The position numbers and the translations under genes were made by a program. Source: Vicugna vicugna (Eukaryota). Taken from it: a stretch of 64,000 nt of DNA. The notes under the pieces were generated by a model, which was not told the origin of the DNA, did not search any database, and saw nothing but the letters and a program-made list of their open reading frames with translations. Positions 10,795 to 40,049 of this stretch are shown in pieces (positions within the stretch are counted from its first letter, which is position 1; the number at the start of each line of letters is the position of its first letter). The stretch lies in contig MU063499.1 of the NCBI GenBank assembly GCA_013265495.1, positions 3,162,001 to 3,226,000 on the forward strand, read 5' to 3'.

Positions 10795-10800
10795 TTTATT
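10795..10800 (-). terminator. MUSTN1 polyadenylation signal AATAAA
   Basis: TTTATT on plus strand, 145 nt past the stop codon, followed on minus by a GT-rich stretch (GTGTGGAGGGTGTTGGTTGG). Confidence 0.85.
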
Positions 10801-10944
10801 GGTGTTTCCCAGGTGCTGTGGGGGAGGGGTGGCAGCCCCAGATGCAGCAGGTGAGAAGGTACATTCTGGCATAAAAAAGAGTTCTTGGGAAAGGGTCCTG
10901 TGTCTGGGTGTGTCAGTGGTGGTGATGGGGGTGGCAGGCACTTC

Positions 10945-12433
<1,489 letters not shown>

Positions 12434-12511
12434 GGTGGGTGCTGTGGACAGCCGCTTCCTGGCAGGCAGCAGCTGAGGACATGATCTGCGCGGCGCCTGG
12501 CCCTCTGGAGC

Positions 12512-12518
12512 TTATATA
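12512..12518 (-). promoter_or_regulatory. MUSTN1 TATA box (TATATAA)
   Basis: CTATATAAG on minus strand about 80 nt upstream of the ATG; predicts TSS near 12485. Confidence 0.8.
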
Positions 12519-14185
12519 GTCCGCTTGCCTGTCCTGGGAAGTCACCCCCCTCCGCCAAAAGCTCCACGATGATTCAGATCCACGCAGCTGCTGGCTTCAG
12601 AGTTTATTCTTGGAGATGATGGGGGCTCACGGAGCACTGCTGCTTAGGGGGCTGTGGCCCTGGTGGAGGCAGACAGCTACGAGGACCCCGTACCCGCCAG
12701 AACAGCTGCTGACTTGCAGGTGGGAGGTGCTCGGACTGGCAGCGATGTGTTTATGAACAGAGGTCCTGTAATGTGTGTGTGGGTATCTGAGCTGTCCATC
12801 TGTGACAGTCCATCCCAGAGTGGGGGGGGTGTCCCCAAGGAAAGGGAGGGCCCTGAGCCAGGGTGGACAGCTCCAAGCTTGTTTTTCTTCCATCCCCTCC
12901 CTTGACTCCAGAGGAGACTTTCCAGCCCTGCACAGCAGCAGGGCAGAGGCTTCCTGTGCTGCTGGGGAGTGTATGCTCATGGCCAGCTTGCTGGGCCTTC
13001 AGTGGACTCAAGGACTGCCCCTGGCCCACAGGTGGAGAGACTGTGGCTGTATTTTTGCTGATGCCCTCACCTTCTGTCCGGCTCCCAGTGCAAGTTTAAC
13101 AAAGGGGCAAAGGAGGAGGCAAAGTGCTCAGGAAGGGCTGGGAGGAAAGCAAGTGTTGTGGTTAGGATACCTGTGAGATGAAGGCAGGAAACAGCACAGA
13201 GCTGCCAACTGAGACAAGGTCACCGAAGGGCGCCTAGCCTGAGGACATTTAGGTGGAGAGAGGGAGGGCGAAAGTGAAGCCCACTCCAGGCACTGAGCTG
13301 TGGGTGGAGGGACAGGCTCCCTGAAGGTCAGTCAGCACTCCTCTGCTAGCTCCTAACACCCCATCCTTGAAGAGAAGGACCTCAGGGCACATGGCATCCA
13401 CAGCCTGCGGCGGGTGTGGGAGTGGACGTGGGCAGAAGGTCAGGGCCAACTCCGCTGGATCAGACATGCCCAAGCTCCTTGTCAGTTTGTGATGGAGAGT
13501 ATTTTTATCCTTGAAGGCTCCAGGCAGACAGAACCCAACCAGGCACTGACGCTGGGTTATCTGAAACGCCACTCCATTGCTGTCAGACCTCATCCTACCT
13601 CAACCACCACCCCCCCCGCCCAGTCCTGGCCCCAGGAGGCCAACACGAGGCCTGCCAGGCTCCATCTGAGACAAGTGCTGACATGAGGAATGCCTTAGGA
13701 GAGCCGCGGGCACAAACCCAGGGCCCCGAACAGGGGCCAAGAGGCACTGAGGACAGGCCCGGCCTGTGAGGGCCCTGCTGCCGGCTCCCGGTGCTCCAGC
13801 TCTGCTTCACAGCCGCTCTGCCCAGCGAGGCTCCTGCCTTCCAGCAACATGGCCTCAGGAACAAGGATGTGGGGTGTTTACTCCCCACACTCCATCTCTC
13901 CAGCACCTCCTGCTCCTCAAGGGGAGGTAGAGTAGTTTTCACTTGAGTTAGCTGGGAAGTAGAAATGGCCAGAGTATGTTCGCATTTTTTCCCTTGGCAG
14001 ATTTTGGCTCCCACATCTGCCTTGAGGCAATGCAAGTTTATTCTCACTGTTTTCTGGGGAGAACCTTCTAACTCACTGGGGACATCTTCATCTCACTAAG
14101 CTTGGGTGCAACCCCACAGAACACACAACCAACAACCACAAAAGTGACGGTTTCTTTTTTAAAAAACTGTAATAAGATGTCAAAC

Positions 14186-14191
14186 TTTATT
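14186..14191 (-). terminator. STIMATE distal polyadenylation signal AATAAA
   Basis: TTTATT on plus strand; downstream on minus is a T/GT-rich element (TTTTGTGGTTGTTGGTTGTGTGTT); implies a 3'UTR of about 3.6 kb. Confidence 0.8.
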
Positions 14192-14616
14192 GTAAACCAT
14201 TTTACAATGTGAGTACATCGTCTTCCCTTCCATTCCAAAAATGTGTTTCTGTGCATCGTAACACCACTAACGAACCGCCCCCGTGGGGAGGGCAGTGGAA
14301 ACAGGCCATGGTTTGCTCACATTGGTCTGACTTCTAATAAACTTCACAGGAGAAATCAAATTAAACCAACCCACCCACCCACTCAGGAGTTCAAGGTCCC
14401 TCCCCGAGAGTAAAGCCCTTCAGAGCTGCCTGTGTTCCACAGGATAAAGCAGAGAGCTCTCCACTCCTAGTTGGGAGCATGTGAAGCTACTAAAGGCAGC
14501 CCTGCACCCCAAAAGGTATTGCTCTGGCTGACAGCAGGTTCCCAGAGCCATTTACATTGGCCTGGCTGCAAAAAGGCCAGTGAAGTCCAGCCTGCTGCTT
14601 CCTCCAGGCTCCTGGG

Positions 14617-14675
14617 GCAGCCTTCAGATGGGACTCTGGGCTGCAGCCTTCAGATGGGACTCTGGGCTGTAGCCT
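14617..14675. repeat. 26-bp tandem duplication (GCAGCCTTCAGATGGGACTCTGGGCT x2 plus partial third copy)
   Basis: 14617-14642 and 14643-14668 are identical. Confidence 0.95.
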
Positions 14676-17128
14676 CCAGGCCCACACTGCCTAGGGGAAG
14701 ATACAATTGGATTTGAGCCTTTATATAGTTTCCCTTTAAAGGCATGACAGGGCAACACGAACCCATGATGCCTTGTTCCAGGTTAAAGCTTGAGGCAGGA
14801 GGCCCCCCTGTGTGCTGACTGATGGGCCACAGGCCTTCACATGGCAGGTCTTCGGGCTCAGTGGACCAAGAAGTCACTGCTGCCCAGGATCTCACCAACA
14901 ACCTCCTTGCCACTGTCAACAATCTACTGGCAATGAAAGGAAAAAGGAGCAACCACGATCTCTTCATTCAGATACGGCAGTTCTACCTCACTGAGTTATT
15001 TCCATTAGTTACAAGAAACTTGTTCATGACCTTGACTTACAAGTTTCCATGATGGGTGGCTTGGCTGAGGCCCAGAGTTGGACAAATCAGTCAGATGGCA
15101 CACAGTACCCAGCTGGTATTCTGTGGTTTCTCAAGCACAGTGATACTTGCCATGTGGCTGGGTGAGGAGCTGCCCCTCTTAAGGCACCTTGGAGCAGGTG
15201 GTGAGAAAACTCATCCCAGGGAGGGAGGACAGCTCAGAAGGAAGTCCTGACCATGGCCCTCTGCATCTGCTCTGTACTGGGACAGTGTACCACAGAAAAG
15301 CCCTCAGAAACTGCAGGAGCCACTCCTAGGGAATACAAACTCTGTGTGTGTGTTTGTGCGTGCATGTCAGGAGGAGGGTAAGGCCACACCCGTGAGGCCA
15401 GACCGTCCAGGCCCACACACCAATAAGGCCTTGTGTGATCAGACATCATCCATGCCCTATTGGTTAACTGCACAACTACGGCCCAGGAACCAAAGCCCTT
15501 AGAAAATCAGGATACAGGGAGAAACCATCACTCACTGGCTACTTCTTTGTTGCCGAAACCCACTACCCAGCAGGTGCCAAGACAAGCCTTGAGACGAGGA
15601 GATCCTCTGGGGTCTGCATAACCCAGTTTCCTGCCTTCACAGACAATGGCTCCCCTACACTGCAGGCCTTGGTTTGGAAACATTAGGAGCTCAAGACTGA
15701 AAGTGAAGCTCTGATTCTGGGCTCAGCGAGGTATAGGAAACAGCTGCAGCCACAGGTTGTTCAAAATGAAACAGGAGGGCAAAGTTAAGGTAAGTCAGTG
15801 ATGCCTGTCATCCACCAGGACCCAAGTGACAGGGGCCTGTGCCCCTGGTCTTCATTGGTGGGAGCGGCCGAGGGTGGGGTAAGGGAAGAGCACAAAATGA
15901 GAGCATAAACAGGCTCCCATCTCACAAGCCGCCTTGCCTGGCCTGGCCTCGCCTCTCCCCTCCGGCTGCAGATGCCTAACCCAGCAGAGTCACCTCCCAC
16001 AGCCGTTCAGGTCCCAGCTCCTCTCAGCACCCCTGCTTCTGGACTCCTTGAAGAAGATGGGCTGGGAAGACCTCCTCAAGGCTTGTGCCCTATGTCCCAG
16101 ACAGGAGGGACTGCAGGAGGCAGCGGACAAACCCAGGGTGCCTGGTTCAACAGCATGGCTCACATGCCACAACTCAGACCCAATCTGCTTGAGTAGGACA
16201 CCTTTTCCTGGAGGTCTAACAAGAAGGTTCTGGGTGGTGTGGCCTCCCTGCACTGGTCTCACTTCCAGCTTGCACCTTAGTGGTACAGTTTTCTATTCCT
16301 AAACTTCCATGGCTGCCTCTGGGCTGGGACAAAACACTGGGCTGCTCAACCACAGCAGGGCAAGTCCCTGGGTCAGCCCTCTCCATGGCCGGGCAGTAGA
16401 CTCCCAAAGTGACTGGGGCCTGTGCCCACGCTGAGGAATGGGAGTACAAGCTTAGATGCACCTCGTCCTGCCTATAGGCGCAGAGCGTGAGCTCTCTCAC
16501 CTCCACCACCAGCCACCCCGCAACTTTGGAGGCTGTGAAAAACAGGATCACTTGGTCAGGAAGGCAATCTCTAGACTGTTGCCCAAAACAAGTCAATGAC
16601 ACTAGAATGACAGGCACTGGGGAGCCAGAGAGGAGGTCTCCGGAGTTGGGTTCAGAGCCCAGTTCTGAAGGCTGCACCAGTGGGAGGCGAGGAGGCCCAG
16701 GCTGCGTTTTAAACTCAGATTTGGAGGCTCTGAAGAGAGGCGGCGGGGAGGGGGACAAACAAGAGTGGCCTTGGAATGTCCATTTCTCCGGACTCAACAA
16801 CGTCCTCTCACACTCCTTTCTTGGTCACATTTAACTAAGACTTCTAACCTGCCAGCAGAAATGCCAAGGAGCTGCTGGGTCCTGGGCAGGGCCCTTCCTG
16901 TTCCACACACACAAGGCCCCTGAATCTACATCCAGACCAGCTGCCTCCTGCTCAGGCCTGACCTTCGCGGAACCACTGGGTTTGCTGAGATCAGACAGGA
17001 CCCATTTCCCTTCCTACCGGAATCATTTTACCTCATCTGATTACAGATTACCTAACAGTGTTCCAAATAAAAGACTCCCGACTTTTTCCTCCCACCAGTC
17101 CATGTCCCATGAAAGGCAAACAAACCCA

Positions 17129-17134
17129 TTTATT
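17129..17134 (-). terminator. STIMATE candidate proximal polyadenylation signal AATAAA
   Basis: AATAAA at the end of an AT-rich block, followed by GGGTTTGTTTG on minus. Confidence 0.55.
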
Positions 17135-17757
17135 TGGGGATTAAAAAGAGTTTTTAAATACAATAGTATGAAAATATAACTTAAAAATATAAAAGTCAAC
17201 AGCATACGGAAGACTTAAAAATCTATGTTTTGCCATTAGTCCCATAGGAAATAAACACATACTCAAAAAACATTAACACTGTGACAGCTCATAAAACCTG
17301 CTATAGAAATCAATAGTTACAAAAGCCATTTTGATTAAGAAAGCGTCGCGGTTCCAACTTGGTCAATGAGTAACGTTTAGCCCCAAACACGTTATGTCTT
17401 CACACTCCCCCGAAAGGCAAGGCTCCACCCACTGGTTGTGTGCACAAGAGTTTTCCTCCTCGAGGCCACCCAGCAGGACGCAGGACGCAGGACAGGGATT
17501 CTGGGTCCCTCACAACACCGCTCAGACGACAACAAACAAACAACACGCCTCGCTTGCATATTTGGTCAGTGTTTGTAGTGCAACGTGGGGACCTCCAGCT
17601 GCCAAGGCCCGGCTGGCATCCTCCCTCGCAAGTCACAGCAGTCTGGGGGCAGGCGGAGACAGCGAGAGGAGAGGAGGTAGAAGGGGGCAGAGAGAGAAGG
17701 GGAGGAGGGACGCAGTGGAGCGACCCTCTGCCGACCCAACCCCGGTTTGGGAATGCG

Positions 17758-31911
<14,154 letters not shown>

Positions 31912-33589
31912 CTGAAAGAAAAGACAGATAATCAGTAGCTTTGCACAGCAACAGCAAAGCAAAGTGCATTTAACAAGCTAGGGGTTATCACTACACTTGG
32001 CGTTTATACTGATGTCTAGGTAGGTACGTGCTCTTTTAACATGTGACGATGTACAATAAGTCATGAAGGTCACAGAGGCCCTGTTGCTACTGACCAGTAT
32101 CGACTCTTCAGAACTGGACACTTAGGAAGAAGGACTCTACATAGTGCATGCAAAACTATTTTTTTTTTTTGTGACAAGGCTCTCTGAGAGGGACTGGAAA
32201 CCACAAAGGGGAATGTACCTACTTCTAACTTCAGGATCCAATGACAAATCCATCCGTCCACCCACCCAAACGTTCGAAGTACTGTTGGGGGGCAGGGGCA
32301 GACACAGAAGCACGCGTGTGGCAAATGCTCAAGGAGAGAAGCCTAAGGCAGAGCAAAGGCACAGGGAAGGCTAACAAGCCTGGAGGAAGGGCACCCACCA
32401 GTCAGGAGAGGCTGCCATGGCGGAAGTGGCTGGGCCAGGTCCTGCAGGCTGGGGAGAGTTTAGTAAATGGACCAGGGAGGGGAGAGAAGACATGTTCCGG
32501 ACAGAGCACACACCATGAGCTCATGGGTCCAGGGACATAATGTGGCAGGGTGTGTGTGTCGTGATTTGATTTGGCTTTAATACAGCAGGTAACAAGGGAA
32601 ACAAATGGCGCAGGGGCCACATGAGGGTCCTCAGTGCCAAGCCAAGTCTGGGATGAATCCTGCAGGGGAGGAAAAGCCAGAGGAGAGCACTAAACAGTCA
32701 AGAACATAGGTGGAATGGTGGAAAGCGGCTCTGAATCATGTAGATGGTGGGTTTGGGGTGAAGAGGACTGAGCAAGGATGCTGGCATCCTGGCACCAGGC
32801 AGTGGAACTCCCAGCTACATAACAGTGGGGGTTGGGGGTTGCCCACTCAGCAACGGCCTGAAGACACTGGACAGCAAAGGGCTCCCCAACTGACATTTAA
32901 ACAGAAGGAAACAAGTTTCTAAGTGTCTTGTCCTCCACTGAAGTCCCAGGCAGACTGTTTGCAGAACAGCTCTATCTACTAAAACCATGATAGCGCCACA
33001 GGTGTGATTTTTTCCCACACAAAAGTACTGAGAAGAAACAGACAGAATGGCAGCAGGCAAGACCTGACATTTGGCAGACCCCCAAGCTGTGATGAGGACG
33101 CAGGAAGAGGAGGGAGGTAGGGAGGAAGAAAATGGTGCCCAAATCAATAAACCCCACTTCTCTAAATAAATACAGGCAGTCCCCGGATTGCAGAACAAGA
33201 ACTGTCTATACACCTAAATGAAATGTCTGCTGTCTGCTGGGGGGAGGGGGAGAGAGAGAGAGAGAGCGAGACTAAGAAGCAGGTGAAATTGTGAGAAGGT
33301 CTGTCATTCTGCTGACCCATGACACAGCCAAAACATCAACAAGACCAAAGGATCTGGAGTTGAGGCCCAGAGTCCCACTCCCCCAAATGGCTCTCAAGGC
33401 AGGAAGTCTCCTTCCCCAGAGCATCCAAAGCTCGCTAAGGGGCTGGGGGCTCAGGAGGGAGATATGAAGGTACCCGGGCCAGGACAAAGCAGTCTGGAGG
33501 GAAAGAACCCCAGCGGGGCTGAAGCCACTCCTCATGATGGGGAGTCTGTCCCCATCGGCATGAAATAGGACATCAAAACATAACCCAAG

Positions 33590-34620
33590 GAGAACATCCT
33601 CATTCTTAGGAGACAGATGCTGAAGTACCAGGGTGGGTGCAATTTACTTTCAAATGGTTCAGGGGATATGTACAATTATATTATAAATGGCATAGTCTAT
33701 AAATAATTACATTATAATTATAAATAACAAATACAACAAAGTAATTTCATAATACATCTATTATTTACATTAACATGATACATATTACAAAAAGAAGCAA
33801 ATGTAGTGTTATGGGCCAAACTGTATCTTCCCCACATCACCCCCTGGCCAATTCATACGGTAAAGCCCCAATACCTCAGAATGTGACGATTAGCAGACAG
33901 GGCCTTAAAAGAGGTAATGAAGGTAAAACGACGTCATATGGATGGGCCCTAATCCCACATGAATGGTGTCCTTACGAGAAGAGGACACACACATACTGAG
34001 GGATGACCACGTGAGGACACAGTGAGAAGACCGTGGTCTGCAAGCCAATGAGAGAGGCCTCAGGAGAAACCGAACCTGTTGACACCTTAACCTGGGACTT
34101 GCAGCCTCCAGAACTGTGAGAAAATAAATTTCTGTTGTTTAAGCCACCTATTCTGCGGTACTTTGGGACGGCAGCCCCTACCACACCAATACATGTGGCA
34201 ACACAGTAACTGGTAAACCTAGATGAAGTGTCCTTTGGGTATTCATGAAATCATTATTTAGAGGTTTTTTGTAGGTCTAACATTTTTTGAACTAAAAAAT
34301 TGGGAGGAAAACACACTCTAGAAGAAAGGACCAGTGCAAGCAAGCGCTCAGAGGGCAATCTGGCAGTATCTGTCATAACTGTGATGCCCCTGAACCTGCA
34401 GTGCACTGCCAGGTTCCTGTTCTACGGGTCTCACTCCAGCGTGTGTTAAGACGTATAGATCTTCACTGTAAAACTGTCCTAACAAGAACCCAGAAAGAAA
34501 GCAACACCAACCAATATGGGGTTGGGTATATACACACACATACACATACGGTACACTACAACGTCGAGCAGTTTCTAAAAACAACAAGGTAGATCTGTAA
34601 CCAGCCCCATGGAAATAAGC
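33590..34620 (+). mobile_element. Ancient L1M(C/E) 3' remnant, interrupted by an MLT1 LTR
   Basis: TTCTTAGGAGACAGATGCTGAAGTA...TTACTTTCAAATGGTTCAG and later GGCAATCTGGCAGTATCT; boundaries approximate. Confidence 0.55.
33807..34193 (+). mobile_element. MaLR solo LTR (MLT1B-like, 387 bp)
   Basis: TGTTATGG...AATACA termini; CAGCCTCCAGAACTGTGAGAAAATAAATTTCTGTTGTTTAAGCCAC; near-perfect 5-bp TSD TGTAG/TGTGG. Confidence 0.88.
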
Positions 34621-36348
34621 AGCTGCTCCACCGGAAGCTCCAGACAGCGGCTCAGGCAAGGCCCCAGGACGACTAATCTTTCAATTCACGGTGCTTCTGC
34701 AGGATAGAGAGAACTCAGACAGAGCAAGAGGCCAAAGCAAAGGGCAATCTACCCTTTCTAACATATCTACCAATGTCCTCTGAGGCGGGAGGGCTGGTGG
34801 AGGGGGAGCAGGCCCATCTCAAGTGCAGGTCAGGCCCCGGATACGCAGCCACACCATTGCTGGAATCCAAGGCTGACGAAGCAGCACCTGACAGAGGCCC
34901 TCATGGGACAAGGAAGAGGAGACTGGGGGTGGGGAGTGGAGACAGAAAAGGGGGCTGTCGGGGTATGTAGCCTGCAGGGGCTCCCAAGCAGGGTCCCTGC
35001 CTTTATGTACATGATCCTGAAGGCACATGGGGGGCCCTGTCACCCGAAAAGCAGTAGTGACCAAGAGCCAGAGAGACGTGGCTTTGAGTCCTCTCTCTGC
35101 TACTAGCTATGCAACTCTGTGCTAAAAAAAAAGAGGGAGAACTATGACCTACCAGGTTGACCTCAGGATTAAATGAGGAAAACAGGTGGAAGAGGTCAGC
35201 AGGGAACATGTGCTCAGGAAAGCAAAGTGCACTCTGCCGGCCCTGCCCTGGACTGTCTTCCCTCTCCTCCCCTCTGTGTCCACACTTCCCAGTCCTGGGG
35301 CTGAGCCACTCTGTACCAGCCTCGGTCCTGGTCCTGGTCTCCGGGAAGTGTGGGGCCTTGGGTCTGCCAGCTACAACCTGACCTATCCCCACCAGCCTCC
35401 CTCCTGTGCCTCCAGGCAGCCCAGGGGCCCAAATGTTAGGAGGGTCCTAGGATTCCCCAACCTCGCTCTCCTCCCTGGGCCATCCCCTCCATGTTCTGAG
35501 AGTTCCTCTGTGGCTCCCTTCTACCTCTGGATGGCTCTATCCTCCCTCCACAGGCTCCCCTTCTTCCTCTTGACTTCTGGGGAGAAACCCCCTTCTCCGG
35601 GCTTCTATGCTGTGGGCTCATCAGCCTCCTCCCCTAGCCCTGGCCCTGTGACCCGACTGCAGGCTGGCCCTGCACACCTGTATGTCCTGCCCACCGTGCC
35701 ACTCCTGCCTGGCTTCCCCATTCTTCACAGAATGGAAGTCCCCTCACCTCTGGGGCTCCTTATTCTCCTCCTCCAACTCAGTCAACTCCCCCTCAAGTCC
35801 CCCAACCAATCCTGCAACTGAGGAGTCTTCCGGATGTGCCCCTTTCCCCGTTTCTGCCACTAAACTAGTGCAGGCCCTCATGACTACGTTCCTGTGCTAA
35901 GGAGACTGCCTCCTAACACGTTTCCCTGCCGCCAATCTCCCCAGCTGCCTCACCCATCCACCTGCCCACCGAGTCCACCCATTCATTCATCTATCCATCT
36001 TTCCACTCATCCACCCATTCCTCCCTCCCTCCCACCTACACTGAGCATTTACTCTCACACAGACACAGTCCCTGCCCTCAAGAAACTTTCAGTTTAATTA
36101 CACTGCACATAATTTAACTTGCCTAAAACATAGCTACCTTCTTTTCCAATCTTATTCATTTTTGAATTAAAATACATCTTTTGAAAGAGGTAAATATACA
36201 GAGAGTGTATAAAATTCAGAGAGTATATTCTTTGGTTAGTGTTTGTATGTTGTCTCTTTTTAATCCCCTTTCAACTTTATATTTAAGGTGGGTCTATTGT
36301 AAGCAAAATACAGGTGAGTTTCCCCCCTCTCCAAATCTGGTTGGTAAC

Positions 36349-36778
36349 TATAGTGAGCTGAATGGTGGTGCTCAAAAAGATATGTGCAAATCCTGATCCT
36401 CAATACCTGTGAATGTGACCTTACTTGGAAGAAGGGTCTTTGCAGATTTAATTCAGTTAAAGAGCTTGAGAAGAGATCATCCTGGATTAACCAGGTAGGC
36501 CCTAAATCTAATTACAAGTATCCTTAGGAGGGAGAGGAGAGCGGAAGACATGGGGCAAAGGAGGAGGCCTTGTGAAGACAGAAGCCTAGGAGCCTGTGAA
36601 GCCATCAGAAGTGGAAAAGACAAGGAAAATCCCCCCCCCCCAGAGCCAATGGAGGGGCTGTGGCCCTGCTGGCACCTTGACCCTGGACTTTGGGCTTCCA
36701 GAACTGTGAGAGACTACATTTCTGTTGTGCTAAGCCAAGAAGTTTATGGTTATTTGACATCCCTAGAAAACTAATATG
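36349..36778 (+). mobile_element. MaLR solo LTR (MLT1C-like) inserted in an L1M remnant
   Basis: CCTGTGAATGTGACCTTACTTGGAAGAAGGGTCTTTGCAGAT...CCAGAACTGTGAGAGA...CCCTAGAAAACTAATA. Confidence 0.85.
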
Positions 36779-39700
36779 GCAAGTTTTTTCTTTTTCTTAG
36801 GAAAAAATTCAGAATTCAAAACACTCCCTTCCATCTGAAACCCCAGTCCCTCAGTTTCCCTTCTCAGGGCTAACCACTGTCACCTGGACCTCGTATGTCC
36901 TTCCAAAGACGTGTTAAGTGAGCACAAAGATGGACAAATGTGGCCTCAGACTTTACAGCACAGGCCATTGCTGCTCTCATTGAAAAGCCCCCTGGAGCTT
37001 CAGCTACTGTACACTTGGCTCTCCTTCTTGTATCAGAGGCTACATGGTATCCCACAGTGTGGCCGTGTCATCTCTGAGTCACTCTACAAGCACCACTGCA
37101 GTGAATGTCCCTGTGGTGTGCCGTCTCTGCCTGTGTGGGTAAATTCCTATCGTGGACTTGCGTGTCAAAGCTTCTGTGCAGCTGACTTTGTCACACTGTC
37201 CTCCACAGAGGTTGCAGCAACTCATACAAGTGCCAGTTTCCCCATGTCCTTGCCAGCACTGCATCTGAGCGAACCTTCTTGCCCTGACAACTTGATCACT
37301 CAAAAGGAAGCCTTGGTGTGGTGGCAGTGTGTCCTCACCAGGTCATGTGGACGCCCCACACCAGCTCACGCAGGTTGGCAAGGCTCCCACCTGCCCTCCA
37401 CTCTGATGTGTGCCCTTAACCCCTCTGGCACTGGGCCTCAGCTCACACCCTTCCCTGAGGGCACCGGGACACTGTGCTCACTCTTCCAGAAGTTCTGTGC
37501 TTTTGGTGCCACACAACAGGAAGGCAATGTGGATGATTGGATTCTACCTGTTTCATATGGTTAGCCATGTCACTGACTGCATGCCTAACGCTGTCACCTG
37601 GTTTTGCAGACACCTCTCTGAGCCAGCACCCCACTCCACTGCCCTCCTCAGAGCCTCACCCAACTAATGCTCCCCGGGGACTTGCTGAATGGAGGAAGAG
37701 AGCTGGGATGTTACACAGGTGTTTCCTTTTATGGCACAACAAAAAAGACGTAAGAGGTGGCTTAAAAGCCAAATCATAGGAATTGGAAGGGAAATAATTT
37801 CCACAGAGCCACTGCAGCCCTACTTTGAAACTGAGTCATAAAAAGCACAACTGTTTTGGAATTAAATCACACAATTTAAGAGAGCTGTCTGGCCAATATC
37901 GGGCATGGCCTGAGAGAAGCAGTTACGAGGAACGTAAGAGGCAGTAAGAGGCTCAGAACTGTGGGATAAAGAGAAAGAAGGGCTTGAGGCTGAATGAAGA
38001 CAGGGAACACTGGGCTTCTGTGAATGTGGTTACCAGGAGTGGCAGCCCCCTGTGCCCCTCTTTATCTGACAGCATTTCCCAAACCAGCATAAAATCACTC
38101 CCTGCTGCAGTTACGGTACAAGAAGAGGCTTGTAAACCTGGAGGGTTCTTGGCAGAGAGCTTCTCTTTGCTGTGAAAATCCATCGAGGCAATTCGATTAT
38201 GATATAAAATGTGTGGAATGTTTGTATTCTTACGACCAAACTGTAATCTTGAGGCTGGAAGCTGATCACAGGCCACACAACGGCCACTCTAGTGTCCGGC
38301 ATTTCGAAGAGTAATACAACAGAAGACACCTTGGATGGTGTCACCTCACAGGCTATGGGAAATCAGAGTCACAGGCACTTCACTGGGACCACAAAACCAC
38401 TGGTCCTTGAGTGCAATCATGGGCCTAGGGACATGAGCAGGCTTCCACCTCCTGGGTAGGGGAGCTCCAGAGACCATGAACTCTCTATGGAAGTCTGTAT
38501 GCATTTGTTCATCCCTGGGGTGGGGGGTGGGGGGAAATACTTTCCTTCCAGTGACCTGCAGCCAGAAAAAAAAACCCCATAATTTTGGAGCCTTCTGCCC
38601 AGACTTCTGCCCAGGACTGCTGACCTGGACCACACCCCTGATGGCCTCATTTCTCAAGCTGTATCACGGGCCACCACCTCATGCAACACAGGCTTTCTGT
38701 TGAGCGTAACAGACTGTTTACCAGGGCAAATGGCAAGCAACCCCTACCAGTGCCAGCCGGGGGTCAGATCATGAACAAGGCAGTTTGGACTCTGAGTCAG
38801 AGCCAGAAGGGGCCTTGAGGGGCCAACCCTCTCAGTGTAAAGGGTGAGGAAATCAGTGGGGAAAGAGGTGATTTGTCCAGGATCACGAAGACAGTGGAGC
38901 TGGGATGAAATCTGAGTTACCTGAGACAAGCCTCTTTCCTTAACTGGCACTGGCTAGGGCAGTGACATCAAACCATATTTTACTGGTTCTATGAGCCTAG
39001 GACCCCAATCCCAAAGGACAGAAACTCCTGAGGGGGTGAGTAAATCCACCCTCACCGACACCAAACCAGCAGTAAAGGAAAAACCCAGAAGTGTTTCGGC
39101 AATTTCCCTAAATTATAAACGATCATCCCAACAGGCAAGCCGCATCCCAAGCCTCCTTCATGCCCCCTACTGATGTGAAAACCCCAGAGGCACTCAGCAT
39201 CTTCAGGGCAGGGAAAAAGTTCCAGGAAGACACTGAGGTAGCCTGCTGGTTGCCTCCCCAGACCCACCAGCACCTCTCTTTCTGACTAAGGAAGTCACAG
39301 ACAGCATTCTCAGCCTCCCCCAAAGCAAGGTGCAGCCATGTGACCAAAATCTAGACTCGGAGAGCTTTACACTCAGGCTGGGCCATGTTTCAAGGAGAAA
39401 TGAAAAGCCAGGTGATTCCCATGGCAAGGAAATAAAGGCAGTCCAGCTAGGGGTAGCTTGAAATCTAGTCCCTGCTTTATCAAAAGTTTTATTATTTTAA
39501 GCAAGTCATTTAATTCCTCTGGGTCTAAGTTTTCTATTTAATAGGGTCAACGTGGGGAGAAAAGCAGCCGCAGTAGGGGAGTGGTGTGGCTGCCTTGCTG
39601 CCACCACCACCCTTCATCAGGAACTTAATCCAGGTATTTTACATCATCACTTCCAGCCTTCACAACAACCGTGAAACGTATCATCCTCACTTTACAGATA

Positions 39701-40049
39701 AGGTCAGAGGAGTTGGCGAAGGCCAAAAGCGGCACAACCAACATGTACATCTACATCTACCCGATTCCAAAGCCCACATTTCCCCCCTGCCACCTTGAAG
39801 AAGCTTAATCCAAGACAACGCTGGCTCTGGTAGGGCTGGACCACAGGGCAGAGAGGATCCCCGAGGTCAGAGCTCACCTCCTTCCTCAACACGTCCTCCT
39901 GACTCTGGTCCTCTTTCCTTAAACATCCTCCTGCACTGGAGTTGGAGTGAGATGAGCATGCCGCGCCTTGCTTAAAACCTCTCAGAGTCCCCCAAGTCTC
40001 CTTCCTCAGGAAACACGATTAAGACTTTTAAAGTTGGCAAACAAGGTCC

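Noticed and set aside
35186-37564. 211-aa (35186-35821) and 217-aa (36911-37564) plus-strand ORFs
   Set aside because: Non-ATG or weak starts, low-complexity composition, overlap with MIR/L1 remnants, no homology recognisable.
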